A DNA stretch of 64,000 nucleotides from an uncultured bacterium (GCA_964410905.1 CAYPIR010000001.1:85861-149860); one strand, 5' to 3'; shown: positions 31,808-41,762, counted from the first letter of the stretch. The notes: generated by a model from the letters alone, not told the origin. Translations and numbers: made by a program.

Positions 31808-32542
31808 TTAAATTCCTATATTCCGGTCTGTATCTTCAGACTTACGATAATCCATCGTCATTTTACCTTTTGCAAAAGTAATACGCTCCATTTTTATCTT
31901 AGCATTTCCCGATCGGACGTAAGCCTTGAGGAATAGGTTTTCAAAAGCTCGCAAAATATGCTGCGGTAATTTTAATTTCCCAACTTGAAGCATTTCTATT
32001 TTAAGGAAAAGCTTATCTTCTGCACCACGTGCAGTAGACGCGCTACCTCGAAGCGTTATTGGCGTTCCAAGAATTTTGGCGTAAAAAATAAATGTTTCCG
32101 GGAAAAATTGCAAAGTTACGTTTTTGAAAAATTTACTGCGTTCAATCTCGCCTAAAAAGCCTTTGGTACGGATAGTTTCGTTTGTGTATTCAACCGTAAA
32201 CTCGCGGCGTTTTGTCTTTTTTGCCTCTTTATACATATAGTATCGGGCGCGGTCTACGCCATCTGTTACGGCAGGGACAAGCCATTCTAGCCAAAAAGGC
32301 ACACCATCGGCAGAAGAGGAAAGAGTAGAGACTGTTATGGATTCCCCTGCTTTAGCAGAGCCCTCAAATGTAAGAGCGTCTCCATTTCTCGCGCCAAAAA
32401 CATCCACCACGCCTTCATCAACGCGGTAATATGTTTTAGATCCTTTGGTGAAAGGATTGCCAACGGGAACATAAAGAATTAGCGCGAATGCGGTAAAAAA
32501 AACTATGAGAAGCGCGACAGCAATAAATATAATATTTTTCAT
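31808..32542 (-). CDS. Hypothetical membrane-anchored (N-terminal TM) protein
   Basis: 244 aa, MKNIIFIAVALLIVFFTAFALILYV anchor, no recognised motif. Confidence 0.5.
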   Translation of the reverse strand: MKNIIFIAVALLIVFFTAFALILYVPVGNPFTKGSKTYYRVDEGVVDVFGARNGDALTFEGSAKAGESITVSTLSSSADGVPFWLEWLVPAVTDGVDRARYYMYKEAKKTKRREFTVEYTNETIRTKGFLGEIERSKFFKNVTLQFFPETFIFYAKILGTPITLRGSASTARGAEDKLFLKIEMLQVGKLKLPQHILRAFENLFLKAYVRSGNAKIKMERITFAKGKMTMDYRKSEDTDRNIGI

Positions 32543-32644
32543 AACCCCCGCATTCTACTAATCCTTTTTATGTCGTCAAATTATATTCATTGGATTAGAA
32601 AAAATATTAAGGCGGCTTATATCTCGAGAGAAAGACAAGTGAGG

Positions 32645-32669
32645 ATCCCCGCCTCATAGAGGCGGGGAT
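32645..32669 (-). terminator. Perfect 11-bp GC-rich hairpin (ATCCCCGCCTC-ata-GAGGCGGGGAT), 12 nt after the stop of the 32681-33480 gene; probable terminator
   Basis: Read directly; followed on the minus strand by pyrimidine-rich CCUCACUUGUCUUUCUCU. Confidence 0.4.
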
Positions 32670-32680
32670 ATATTGCGGAA

Positions 32681-33480
32681 CTAATTGATTTTAAGTTTGC
32701 TCTCATCAAACACAAAACCAGAATCAAGCGACTTAATTTCTTCAACCAAACGCAGAACTCTCTCACGCATTTCAGGCGTTTTGTTTTTTAGCCATGTCGC
32801 GTAAGCGTCCAAAAAGAACTCCACCTTGATGTCTTTTAGGTGTTTCCGCTCATATTGATTTACGCTTTTGACAAAATATCCAAACGATTGTTCTCTAAAA
32901 CAATCTATCAATCGGAAATAGTCATCTTTCATTCCTGAAAGAATGTTTTTATACGCGTCAAATTGCGCGCCAAGTTTTTCCAGTACAATTCCAATGCCTG
33001 TTTTTTTATTGTTCATTCCTTCGTGGCAGCGCGCCGCCTGATTGTAATAAAGAATCGCGGCCAAACGGTCCTCACTTTTGTCCTCCTTTGGTTGTTTAAG
33101 GGAGAATCGTTTAGCCAAAAAAGAGTCTGGATTAAAAATTGTGGACTGCGTCAGTAAATGGTCAGCGTTCACTTTAAATATAAAATAACGCAGCGTAGGA
33201 TCATCGGTCTCTCTTACCCATTCAAACACCTCTTGCGTATTGTGAGACAGAAAAGGATCCGCCATATCGTGATATTCGGGCAAAGACATCGCAAAGAGAA
33301 GATGCGCCAAATAAATATTCACATCCTCATCAGAGTTCTTTCCCACTGTTAAAAATTTGTGTTGGTCGCGGGATTTTAAAATAGACTCCAACAAAAAGAA
33401 AATAGCCGAGTCCCGATCTTCACTGCTGAGGTTAAAATAAAGTTGAGGAGGTTTAAGTCCGCTGAAGCTTTTAGCTCCCA
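32681..33480 (-). CDS. Hypothetical cytoplasmic protein (266 aa). Start reassigned to ATG 33480 with SD AAAGGAG; the longer track ORF to 33685 runs through an AT-rich promoter region
   Basis: aaaGGAGaaagcaaaATG context; no family recognised. Confidence 0.5.
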
Positions 33481-33687
33481 TTTTGCTTTCTCCTTTATTA
33501 TGGCAATTTATAACATTTGTATATTTTAGACTACTTCTTAATTCTGTTTGAACCATAACATTGCAATATATAAAAGTCAAATGCAATAATAACATTAAAG
33601 AATGTAAGTTCTTTGTTTTCAATATGTTAAATAGAATAAAAAAATTATTTTGATGCGATGAAATTCCTTCGCTTTGCAGAGCCAAAT
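33481..33687 (-). promoter_or_regulatory. AT-rich (about 75% AT) putative promoter region for the 32681-33480 gene
   Basis: Composition only; lies between upstream element E3 and an SD-ATG. Confidence 0.3.
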
Positions 33688-33752
33688 AAAAAAACCATTA
33701 ATAACAAACAATGCAACAAAAAACGTTGCGGCTTGAAATTAATGGCTTTTTT
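33688..33752 (+). repeat. Palindromic structured intergenic element copy E3 (outer stem CCATTAAT/ATTAATGG, core ACAAACAATGC). Probable terminator downstream of recO
   Basis: AAAAAAACCATTAAT-AACAAACAATGCAACAAAAAACGTTGCGGCTTGAA-ATTAATGGCTTTTTT. Confidence 0.55.
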
Positions 33753-33818
33753 ATTTAATGACAATAGTTTGGATTCTGCGAACTACTTCTCAACAAATGG
33801 CGAGCGGCTTGTAGAAAA

Positions 33819-34574
33819 TTATTTCAAAACATCTTTTATGGAGTCAATAAATTGGCGAGTTTTTAGGCTTTTCCCCAGCCTGTAGTTAAGGAATGTTGTA
33901 ATCAACTTACAAATTTCTTTTTGAATGGAGTTAGACGGCAAAGTCTTTAATGCGTCTTTGAAGCCGCCTTTACTATACCGCCTTAAATTATTTAAAGCAT
34001 CGTCGGAAATCGCCTGCGAGGCGGTATCTTTCGCGCGGCACAGTTCACACAAAAGAACGCCATGTCTGATTGAAAAAAACATTTGGGCAGAATCCTTTTG
34101 CCCGCATTCTAAACAACCGTCAAGGAACGGAAGCCAGCCCATTTCTCTTAAAAGTTGCGTAACAAAAATAGCCTCCATCTTTTCGGGCGGAAAAAATGAA
34201 AGGCAGTGAAACGCCTCTTTCAGAAGTTCAAAAATCGCAGGATGCGGATCGTGTAATTCTGTAAGTTCATCAACAAGCTCGCAAAAATAGCTTCCGTAAG
34301 CAATTCCCTTCAAGCTGTCTTGCATTTCGGGATATGCCTGCAAAATAAAAGCATCCGATATAAGATGGAGATCAGAGCGTTTTTTTTCATAAAAAACATA
34401 TTCTGCTCGCGTAAAAAGTTCATACCCCGCTTGTCGCGTTTCTCCAGCACGATGTATTCCTTTCGCAACGCCACGAATTTTTCCTAACTGCGGCGTAAAA
34501 AAAGTAACAATAAGAGAGCTGGAGCGGAAGGCTTGAGTTTTTATTACCAAAGCTTCGGTTTTGTGAATAGCCAT
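33819..34574 (-). CDS. recO: DNA repair protein RecO
   Basis: N-terminal OB fold, C-terminal zinc finger CLECG...CELC. Confidence 0.85.
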   Translation of the reverse strand: MAIHKTEALVIKTQAFRSSSLIVTFFTPQLGKIRGVAKGIHRAGETRQAGYELFTRAEYVFYEKKRSDLHLISDAFILQAYPEMQDSLKGIAYGSYFCELVDELTELHDPHPAIFELLKEAFHCLSFFPPEKMEAIFVTQLLREMGWLPFLDGCLECGQKDSAQMFFSIRHGVLLCELCRAKDTASQAISDDALNNLRRYSKGGFKDALKTLPSNSIQKEICKLITTFLNYRLGKSLKTRQFIDSIKDVLK

Positions 34575-34605
34575 AAAGAGCGGGAATTTTTCCTATAAAA
34601 AACAA

Positions 34606-35067
34606 CTATGCTACGCGAGAAAGGATTTCCGTTTGTTTGCGATGCATTTTTTTAAATGCGATTTTATTTTTATCTTTGTATCCAATAAGATGCAAAATCC
34701 CATGGCATAGGCAGTAATGCAGTTCCTCTTCAAAAGTGTGTTCATATTCTTTGGCTTGCTTTTTAATTTGCGGCGGACAAAGCGCGATATCCCCCAAAAA
34801 ATCCTCCGTGTTCGACTTTGTTTTAATCGCCCGTTTCCCCGCCGCGTCAACATGCTTTTCACTAAACGATAAAACATCTGTTGAATACGCGTGCTTGAGA
34901 TATTTACGATTAAGAAATCGCATTTTCTTATCATCGACAAGAAGAATGCTCAATTCCGCTTTTTTAAATCCTAAATCTTTCAAGATTTTTATGGCGAGTT
35001 TTTTTAGTCCCGCTTCAGAAACAGAGATTTTCGGGCATTCTTGCCTGAGTTCTATTTTGTATGCCAT
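34606..35067 (-). CDS. ybeY: Endoribonuclease YbeY
   Basis: HGILHLIGYKD (H..H...H metal site). Confidence 0.9.
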   Translation of the reverse strand: MAYKIELRQECPKISVSEAGLKKLAIKILKDLGFKKAELSILLVDDKKMRFLNRKYLKHAYSTDVLSFSEKHVDAAGKRAIKTKSNTEDFLGDIALCPPQIKKQAKEYEHTFEEELHYCLCHGILHLIGYKDKNKIAFKKMHRKQTEILSRVA

Positions 35068-35072
35068 ATGCG

Positions 35073-36041
35073 CTAAAACAAACTTTCTTTTGGTTTTTTA
35101 CGGTCAAATTTTTCGTAGGCTTTTATAATTTCCTGCACAAGCGGATGGCGAACAACGTCCGTTTCGTTCAAATAAATAAATTGAATATCAGGAATATCTC
35201 CCAAAATCGTTCTAATCTCCACAAGCCCCGATTTTTTTCCGTTCGGCAAATCGACTTGAGTAATGTCGCCGGTTATAACAACTTTCGAGGTTTGTCCAAG
35301 CCGCGTTAAAAACATTTTCATCTGGCTGTGAGTACAGTTTTGCGCTTCATCCAAAATAACATAAGAGTCATTCAGCGTTCGGCCGCGCATGTAAGCAATG
35401 GGCGCGATTTCAATCGCTCCGCGTTCCGTATACCGCGCGACTTCGTCAAACTCCAGCATATCGTAAAGAGCATCATAAAGAGGGCGAAGATACGGATTCA
35501 CCTTTGCCGCTAAATCGCCTGGCAAAAACCCCAGATTTTCACCCGCCTCAACTGCGGGGCGAGTCAGAATAATACGAGCAACATATTTCTTCTTTAGCGC
35601 TTCAATCGCCGCCGCCATCGCAAGATATGTTTTACCTGTTCCAGCAGGTCCGATGCCGATAACAATATCTTTTGTTTGCATTGCCTTAAGGTAGGCTTGT
35701 TGGTTTTCACTTCGCGCTTGAATGACTTTGCCGCGGTGAAAAAAATGGACACCGCCAAAGCGCGATGGCTTGTTTCGTTCTGTTTCGTTTTCACTTTTAG
35801 CCGTTTCCGACTCGCTATTTACCCCCGCCGTGCGTGCGCCCTTTCGCTGCTCTTCAAGCATCCGCACAAAAAAACGGCTCGCGTTCTCCACGTGTTTTTT
35901 ATCGCCAACAATTTTCATTCTGTCATTCCGAGCTATGATTTTGACATGATAATCTTTTTCCGCTTGCAAAATGTTTTGGTCGAGATTTCCATAAAGAGAA
36001 CGAGCTTCGTCATTTGTTTGAATCTTGATTATTTTTTGCAA
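35073..36041 (-). CDS. phoH: PhoH-like ATPase (KH domain + P-loop)
   Basis: [17 protein letters not shown] Walker A; DEAQN. Confidence 0.9.
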   Translation of the reverse strand: MQKIIKIQTNDEARSLYGNLDQNILQAEKDYHVKIIARNDRMKIVGDKKHVENASRFFVRMLEEQRKGARTAGVNSESETAKSENETERNKPSRFGGVHFFHRGKVIQARSENQQAYLKAMQTKDIVIGIGPAGTGKTYLAMAAAIEALKKKYVARIILTRPAVEAGENLGFLPGDLAAKVNPYLRPLYDALYDMLEFDEVARYTERGAIEIAPIAYMRGRTLNDSYVILDEAQNCTHSQMKMFLTRLGQTSKVVITGDITQVDLPNGKKSGLVEIRTILGDIPDIQFIYLNETDVVRHPLVQEIIKAYEKFDRKKPKESLF

Positions 36042-36060
36042 AATCGCAATCCTTTCTGTT

Positions 36061-37836
36061 TTAAACCTTGGGTTTTAATTTTACGGCAATGCTCAATTCT
36101 TTTAATTGCGCGTCGCTCACTTGAGACGGCGCGTCTGTCATAAGACAAGTCCCTTTTTGAGTTTTAGGGAATGCTATAACTTCACGTATCGACTCAAGCC
36201 CCAAAAGAAGCGTTACAAATCTATCAAGCCCAATCGCGAGTCCGCCGTGTGGAGGCGCGCCAAACGAAAGCGCTTTAAGCAAAAATCCAAACTGCGACTT
36301 AGCCTGCTCTTCGGTTAATTTTAAAATATCAAAAATTTTAGTCTGAATATTTTTATCGTGAATACGAATGCTTCCGCCGCCCATTTCTGTTCCATTGCAA
36401 ATAAGGTCATACGCGCGCGCGCGGACTTTTAAAGGCTCGGATTCCAAAAGAGCCGTATCTTCCAACTTAGGCGATGTAAAAGGATGATGGCAAGCCACGC
36501 ATCGTTTTTCTTCATCGTCCCAGTCAAAAAGCGGGAAATCCACAACCCACAAAAGCTCGAACTTCCCTTCAGGAATAAGTTTATATTTATCAGCCAAATA
36601 GCAGCGAAGCGCGCCAAGTGACACAACCGCTGTTTTAAATTTATCGGCAACCATAAAAATAATATCGCCTGTTTTTGCCGACATTTTTTGAATTATTTTC
36701 TCAACGCGCTCAGCGTCAAAAAACTTTTGTATCGGCGACTCGACTTGATTTGCGCCTGTCACTTTGAACCACGCGAGCCCTTTGGGCCCGTAAATTTTTA
36801 TCCATTGAGTTAAGTCATCAAAAGTTTTACGTGAAAACTCCGCGCCGTTCGGTGGCGTAAAACAAAGTCCGTGAATTTCCCCTCCGTTCGCGATTGTATC
36901 ATCAAAAACTTTGAAGCCGCTGCTCACTAAAACTTCCGTTAAATTTTGTATTTCCATTCCATATCTGAGGTCGGGTTTATCGCAGCCATATTTTTCCATC
37001 GCTTTTTTATACGGCATTCTGCGAAGAGGCAATTTCACGTCAACGTCTATTGTGTTTTTAAACACTTTTCCAACCATTCCCTCAACAATTCTCATAATGT
37101 CTTCTTCATCAATAAAAGACATTTCCATATCGATTTGCGTATGCTCAAGCTGGCGGTCTTTCCTCAAATCCTCATCACGAAAACAGCGCGCGATTTGGTA
37201 ATAGCGGTCATAATTTGAAATCATTAAGATTTGCTTGAAGAGCTGCGGCGATTGCGGCAGCGCGTAAAAAGCTCCTTCATTCAAACGAGATGGAACCAAA
37301 AAATCACGCGCGCCTTCCGGCGTGCTTTTTGTTAAATATGGAGTTTCTACTTCAATAAAACTTTCTTTATCTAAATATTCATGAACAGTTTTTACAACTT
37401 TGTGCCTAAGCGCGAGGTTTCGTATCATATCTTTACGCCGTAAATCCAAATATCTATATTCAAGCCGCAATTCTTCGTTCACGTTCATCTCGCCAAGTTC
37501 AAACGGAAGCGGAAGCGAAGAATTTAAAATAACAAGACTTGCCGCCTGAAGCTCAATCGCGCCGGTCGCGATTTTGGCGTTGACCGTCCCCTCAGGCCGA
37601 GCGTTCACTTTCCCTCTGACTTGGATAACAAATTCGGAGCGAAGCGATTCGGCAAGTTTGTGCATTTCAGCATTTTCTTGTGGATTAAATACAACCTGCG
37701 TAACGCCAAACCTATCGCGTAAATCCACGAAAATAAGATTTCCATGATCGCGGCGGCTATCAACCCATCCCGCGAGAGTTGCCTCTTTACCAATAAATTT
37801 CTCGTTCAATTCTCCACACGTCGCTGTTCTTAACAT
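36061..37836 (-). CDS. aspS: Aspartyl-tRNA synthetase
   Basis: 591 aa, class II motifs, N-terminal OB anticodon domain. Confidence 0.95.
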   Translation of the reverse strand: MLRTATCGELNEKFIGKEATLAGWVDSRRDHGNLIFVDLRDRFGVTQVVFNPQENAEMHKLAESLRSEFVIQVRGKVNARPEGTVNAKIATGAIELQAASLVILNSSLPLPFELGEMNVNEELRLEYRYLDLRRKDMIRNLALRHKVVKTVHEYLDKESFIEVETPYLTKSTPEGARDFLVPSRLNEGAFYALPQSPQLFKQILMISNYDRYYQIARCFRDEDLRKDRQLEHTQIDMEMSFIDEEDIMRIVEGMVGKVFKNTIDVDVKLPLRRMPYKKAMEKYGCDKPDLRYGMEIQNLTEVLVSSGFKVFDDTIANGGEIHGLCFTPPNGAEFSRKTFDDLTQWIKIYGPKGLAWFKVTGANQVESPIQKFFDAERVEKIIQKMSAKTGDIIFMVADKFKTAVVSLGALRCYLADKYKLIPEGKFELLWVVDFPLFDWDDEEKRCVACHHPFTSPKLEDTALLESEPLKVRARAYDLICNGTEMGGGSIRIHDKNIQTKIFDILKLTEEQAKSQFGFLLKALSFGAPPHGGLAIGLDRFVTLLLGLESIREVIAFPKTQKGTCLMTDAPSQVSDAQLKELSIAVKLKPKV

Positions 37837-39101
37837 AAGTTCATCACCTTTTTAAAATGGCTTGTAATTTGCTCAAAATCAACTTCGACCTGTTCCCTTT
37901 TTCCCAAATCTTTTATCACTGCTTTTTTCTTTAAAAGTTCATCGCCGCCGATTATCAGCAAATACCGCGCTCCAATTTGATTCGCTTTTTTTAGATATTG
38001 CCCCAGAGACAAAATGCCATTAGCGCGTTCCGGCCGAGCTCCCGCCTCTCGCAAAGACAGCGCTGTTTTTTGACACAACGCGTCAATTCCCGCGTTTTCT
38101 TCAAGCGGAGCAAAATAAACTTTGCGTTCTTTTAAAATATCAAATGCTTTACTGTTTTGCGATTCTATCGACATTAAAAGTCTTTCAAAACCAATACTAA
38201 ATCCCGTGCAAGGCGTAACGTCTCCGCCTATCTCTTTGTATAATTGGTTATATCGTCCTCCGCCCGCCACTGCGTTTTGAGAGCCAAGTCCGTCTGCCGT
38301 AATTTCAAACACAACCCCCGTATAATAATCAAGCCCGCGAACAAGACGGCGATTTTCGATAAAAGAAATGCCCGCAGCCGAGAGTTGTTTTTTAAGTGCC
38401 GTAAAATGTTCGCTTGGCGCGGCAAATTTTTCCCAAGGAGCTGAATCGATCACAGGCTGACAAGCCGGAATTTTGCAGTCAAACACGCGAAGAACATTTT
38501 TCTCTAACCGCCACTGACAGTCTTTGCAAAGTTTATCCTTTACTCCGCCAAAGTATTTCGCGAGAGCGGCGCGAGTTTCCGCGCGAGCGGCATCATCGCC
38601 CAAATCATTCAGCGACAACTGAATGTTTTCTAAGCCCGCATATTTTAAAAATTTATAAAGAAGAGAAATAATTTCAAAATCCGAGCTCTCGCTTTCATTT
38701 ATTATCTCAGCGCCGATTTGATGAAACTGTCGTTTTCGTCCCGCTTGAGGACGCTCAGCTCGAAACATTGGTCCGACATAATAAAGCCTAAGCGATTTTG
38801 CCTGTTTTAAAAGCCCATGCTCCAAAACCGATCGCGCGACAGACGCCGTCATTTCTGGTCGCATTGTCATATCTCGTTCGCCGCGATCTTTAAATGAAAA
38901 CATTTCTTTGTGAACAATATCGCTTGATTGCCCGATGGAGCGGATGAACAACTCGGTGGGTTCTAATATCGGAGTGCGAATTTCTTTAAAACCGGCAGCG
39001 TCAAAAAAAACTCGCGCGCGTTCTTCAATCCATTGCCATTTTTCAATTTCAGAGGGAAGAATATCTTCCATACCCGGAAAACTTTGATATTTAGTCGACA
39101 T
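37830..39101 (-). CDS. hisS: Histidyl-tRNA synthetase
   Basis: 423 aa, class II motifs, HisRS layout. Confidence 0.95.
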   Translation of the reverse strand: MSTKYQSFPGMEDILPSEIEKWQWIEERARVFFDAAGFKEIRTPILEPTELFIRSIGQSSDIVHKEMFSFKDRGERDMTMRPEMTASVARSVLEHGLLKQAKSLRLYYVGPMFRAERPQAGRKRQFHQIGAEIINESESSDFEIISLLYKFLKYAGLENIQLSLNDLGDDAARAETRAALAKYFGGVKDKLCKDCQWRLEKNVLRVFDCKIPACQPVIDSAPWEKFAAPSEHFTALKKQLSAAGISFIENRRLVRGLDYYTGVVFEITADGLGSQNAVAGGGRYNQLYKEIGGDVTPCTGFSIGFERLLMSIESQNSKAFDILKERKVYFAPLEENAGIDALCQKTALSLREAGARPERANGILSLGQYLKKANQIGARYLLIIGGDELLKKKAVIKDLGKREQVEVDFEQITSHFKKVMNLC

Positions 39102-39168
39102 GAAAACTTAATTTCTCCTACAAAAAAAACTGTTGGAATTTTTCGTCATCATAACAGAAGCGACGCAC

Positions 39169-39210
39169 AAAAAAAAGCCCGTCTCTTAAACTAAAAGAGA
39201 CGGGCTTTTA
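39169..39210 (-). terminator. Rho-independent terminator downstream of rpsU (GCCCGTCTCTT-aaactaaa-AGAGACGGGC flanked by A8/T5)
   Basis: Perfect 11-bp stem read directly; U-run on the minus strand. Confidence 0.75.
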
Positions 39211-39228
39211 AAAACAAGTTTCTGCAAT

Positions 39229-39408
39229 TTAGAAACTAAACTTTCGCGACTTTGACATTCTCGACTTGCGGCGTCTTTTTTCGCAAGGCTTTTCATAATT
39301 CTTCCGAGCTTTCAAAATCTTAAGAATCCCTTCGCGTTCCATTTTCTTTTTCAAACGTTTTAGGGCTCGTTCAAGAGGCTCGTGATTTCCGACTTCTACT
39401 TTTAACAC
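39229..39408 (-). CDS. rpsU: 30S ribosomal protein S21 (GTG start; absent from the supplied ORF track)
   Basis: Hand translation: VLKVEVGNHEPLERALKRLKKKMEREGILKILKARKNYEKPCEKRRRKSRMSKSRKFSF; SD GAAGGTGA 8 nt upstream. Confidence 0.85.
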   Translation of the reverse strand: MLKVEVGNHEPLERALKRLKKKMEREGILKILKARKNYEKPCEKRRRKSRMSKSRKFSF

Positions 39409-39538
39409 TAGTATTCACCTTCTCTCATGGGTTGGATTTAAAACGATGGCGTATTATATGAAAGAAATTTTTTATTTCAAGCCAAAATCATATTCTCAAT
39501 ATTGCTTTTAGATTATAAAAATTATGCTAAAATAAAAT

Positions 39539-40273
39539 ATGAATATTACTCTTCTTGAATACGCGTTGCGACTTCTATATCCAGAATATTGCGAGTCATG
39601 TTCGTGCCGGTTATCGATAAAAGAACGCTATGTTTGCTCTGCCTGCAATGAATCTATTTCAAAGCTTTACCTAAATTTCTGGGACAGTTTATCCTCCGAA
39701 AGGTTTGAATTTTTAGACTTTGCTTGGACGCTCGCTATTTACAGCGAACCCATCACTGGCATCATTCACAAAATTAAATATTCACGCAAACGGCATCTTT
39801 TAAAAATTTTCTCGCGGCCCCTTTCCGATCTGCTTGAAAAAATCAAGGTCTTGCGTCATTACGACAAAATACTGCCTATCCCCATAGAACGTTTCAAGCG
39901 AGTATCAAGACATTTCAATCAAACAGAAGAGCTGTCCCAAATGCTTAGACGCAAAACTCTTCTGCGCGTTGCAAAAAATGTTTTAATAAAAACCGCGCAT
40001 ACGCCAAACCAAGCCTCCCTTACAAAAGAAGAAAGAGCCATAAATATTTACGGAGCATTTGCCGTCAAAAATTCAGCAAAGATAAAAGGACAAAACATTT
40101 TACTTATCGACGATGTGCTGACAACGGGAGCGACCACAAATGAGGCCGCTCGAGTATTAAAGGAAAGCGGCGCGAAAACGGTTGACCTTTTAACTATCGC
40201 GCGGACAGAAGCCCCTCAAAATAAAAATAAATTGAGATTAAGCAAAGAGATGGATAAGATACAGGCATTATAA
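39539..40273 (+). CDS. comF: ComF-family phosphoribosyltransferase-domain protein
   Basis: N-terminal C4 zinc finger; PRTase motif ILLIDDVLTTGAT. Confidence 0.8.
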   Translation: MNITLLEYALRLLYPEYCESCSCRLSIKERYVCSACNESISKLYLNFWDSLSSERFEFLDFAWTLAIYSEPITGIIHKIKYSRKRHLLKIFSRPLSDLLEKIKVLRHYDKILPIPIERFKRVSRHFNQTEELSQMLRRKTLLRVAKNVLIKTAHTPNQASLTKEERAINIYGAFAVKNSAKIKGQNILLIDDVLTTGATTNEAARVLKESGAKTVDLLTIARTEAPQNKNKLRLSKEMDKIQAL

Positions 40274-40346
40274 GTCTCGCAGCATGTATGTTATTACTTG
40301 CATACAAATCATCAGAACGTCGCACATAAAAATCAAGGAGTACTAG

Positions 40347-41444
40347 TTGAAAGTCCTAGACCGTTATCTCATCCGCGAACTAATTATTCCTGTTCTCTTT
40401 TGCTCCGCCACGCTTGTCTTACTTCTTCTAGTCGCCGACCTTTTTGATAACCTTGACGGACTTTTAAGCAACAAAGTTCCACTCCCCGTGATCCTCAAAT
40501 ATTACCTTTGTCTAATTCCCCTTAGTTGGTCGCAAACAATCGCCTGGGCGACTTGGCTTGGAACACTTTTTCTTCTTGTCCACATGGGACTTCATAACGA
40601 AATGCTCGCGATGAAAGCCGCCGGGTTAAAAATAATTTCCATAGTTCGTCCAATGATTTTTTTGGGTCTGCTGCTAGGGATTTTGACTTTTGTTGTGTCA
40701 GATCGCGTAGTCCCCAAAACATCGCGAACCGCCAATGATTTGCTCGAGGTTTATATTGAAAAAAAGAAAACCGCCAGCGAACAGAAAATTTTTAAAAATG
40801 CAACCTACTATTCCGGCGAACAAACTCTTTATTATTTTAGAAAATTTTCTCCTAAACATAAGACCGTGGAAGACGCCATTGTCATTTGGCTGGACTCGAC
40901 AAACAATCGAACGGCAAAAAAGATTTTTGCGCAGCGCGGGGCTTGGGATAAAGACCATTGGATTTTTTATGGCGTTACGGAATATCAAACAAACACGCAA
41001 GGCGACATTTTAGGCAAACCAATTGTAATTCCCCAAATCACCTATCCTGATATACATGTTACGCCGCGCGATCTTATAAACACCGCGATGGACAGCGCTT
41101 TTCTTTCCTACCACGAGCTCAAATACACCATTAAAAAACTAAGCGCGAACGGCATTGCCGCGTATTCAGAAAAAGTCGATCTCTACAATCGCCTCGCGAC
41201 CCCTTGGAAGGGACTTGTTATGATGCTACTTGCTTTTCCTTTTCTTGGCGCGGTGCGGAATAGAAAAGCCGTTGCCTCGAGTGTTCTTTTTTGCGCTATA
41301 GCCGTGTTTACTTATCATGTAGGAGATGCGGTATTTTTGGCCATTGGAAAGTCGGGCAGATTTTTTCCATTTCTAAGCGCTTGGGGAGGAAACATTATAT
41401 TTGCCACATTTGCTTTTTCTCGCCTTGACAAAGCAAATCATTAA
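40347..41444 (+). CDS. LptF/LptG-family (YjgP/YjgQ) LPS export permease
   Basis: 365 aa, MKVLDRYLIRE start, TM-periplasmic beta-jellyroll-TM layout. Confidence 0.8.
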   Translation: MKVLDRYLIRELIIPVLFCSATLVLLLLVADLFDNLDGLLSNKVPLPVILKYYLCLIPLSWSQTIAWATWLGTLFLLVHMGLHNEMLAMKAAGLKIISIVRPMIFLGLLLGILTFVVSDRVVPKTSRTANDLLEVYIEKKKTASEQKIFKNATYYSGEQTLYYFRKFSPKHKTVEDAIVIWLDSTNNRTAKKIFAQRGAWDKDHWIFYGVTEYQTNTQGDILGKPIVIPQITYPDIHVTPRDLINTAMDSAFLSYHELKYTIKKLSANGIAAYSEKVDLYNRLATPWKGLVMMLLAFPFLGAVRNRKAVASSVLFCAIAVFTYHVGDAVFLAIGKSGRFFPFLSAWGGNIIFATFAFSRLDKANH

Positions 41445-41465
41445 TCGCGCGCATCTCCGCAAATA

Positions 41466-41500
41466 GCAGCAACAGGCTGCAATGCAAAATTTTATTTTTT
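41466..41500 (+). terminator. Hairpin GCAGC-aacag-GCTGC followed by T-rich tract; probable terminator for the plus-strand comF/lptFG unit
   Basis: Read directly; weak 5-bp stem. Confidence 0.35.
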
Positions 41501-41753
41501 ATTCGATATTTTTTTCAGAATCTACGGCAGGCAATTCTATTTTTAGGTTTGATGATTCAAATGAAGGTAACGCGACCGCCCCGTTGACATTTGGCATTTC
41601 AGGAACAGTTCCGCCTCGCTCAAAAATAGACGCCAAAGTTGATTGCGTCTGCAAAATATCATTTGCCGAAACTTCGTCATTAGCATGCCCTTGAGGAACA
41701 ACGATTGCGGTAAAACCAATTACAAAAAAAATTACCAACGCCCTTTTCTTCAT
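41499..41753 (-). CDS. Small secreted hypothetical protein (84 aa, signal peptide)
   Basis: MKKRALVIFFVIGFTAIVVPQGHA signal; SD AGGAAAAA upstream; 9 nt after glgC stop. Confidence 0.45.
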   Translation of the reverse strand: MKKRALVIFFVIGFTAIVVPQGHANDEVSANDILQTQSTLASIFERGGTVPEMPNVNGAVALPSFESSNLKIELPAVDSEKNIE

Positions 41754-41762
41754 ACATTTTTC

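Noticed and set aside
32681-33685. 334-aa version of the hypothetical gene (track ORF)
   Set aside because: The first 68 codons run through the roughly 75% AT intergenic region and have no SD; an internal ATG at 33480 has a perfect AAAGGAG SD, so the shorter 266-aa form was reported.
20896-33790. Shared 13-mer TTGGATTCTGCGA at about 20898 and about 33769
   Set aside because: A single 13-nt match is expected by chance many times in 64 kb (both strands); the flanks do not match.
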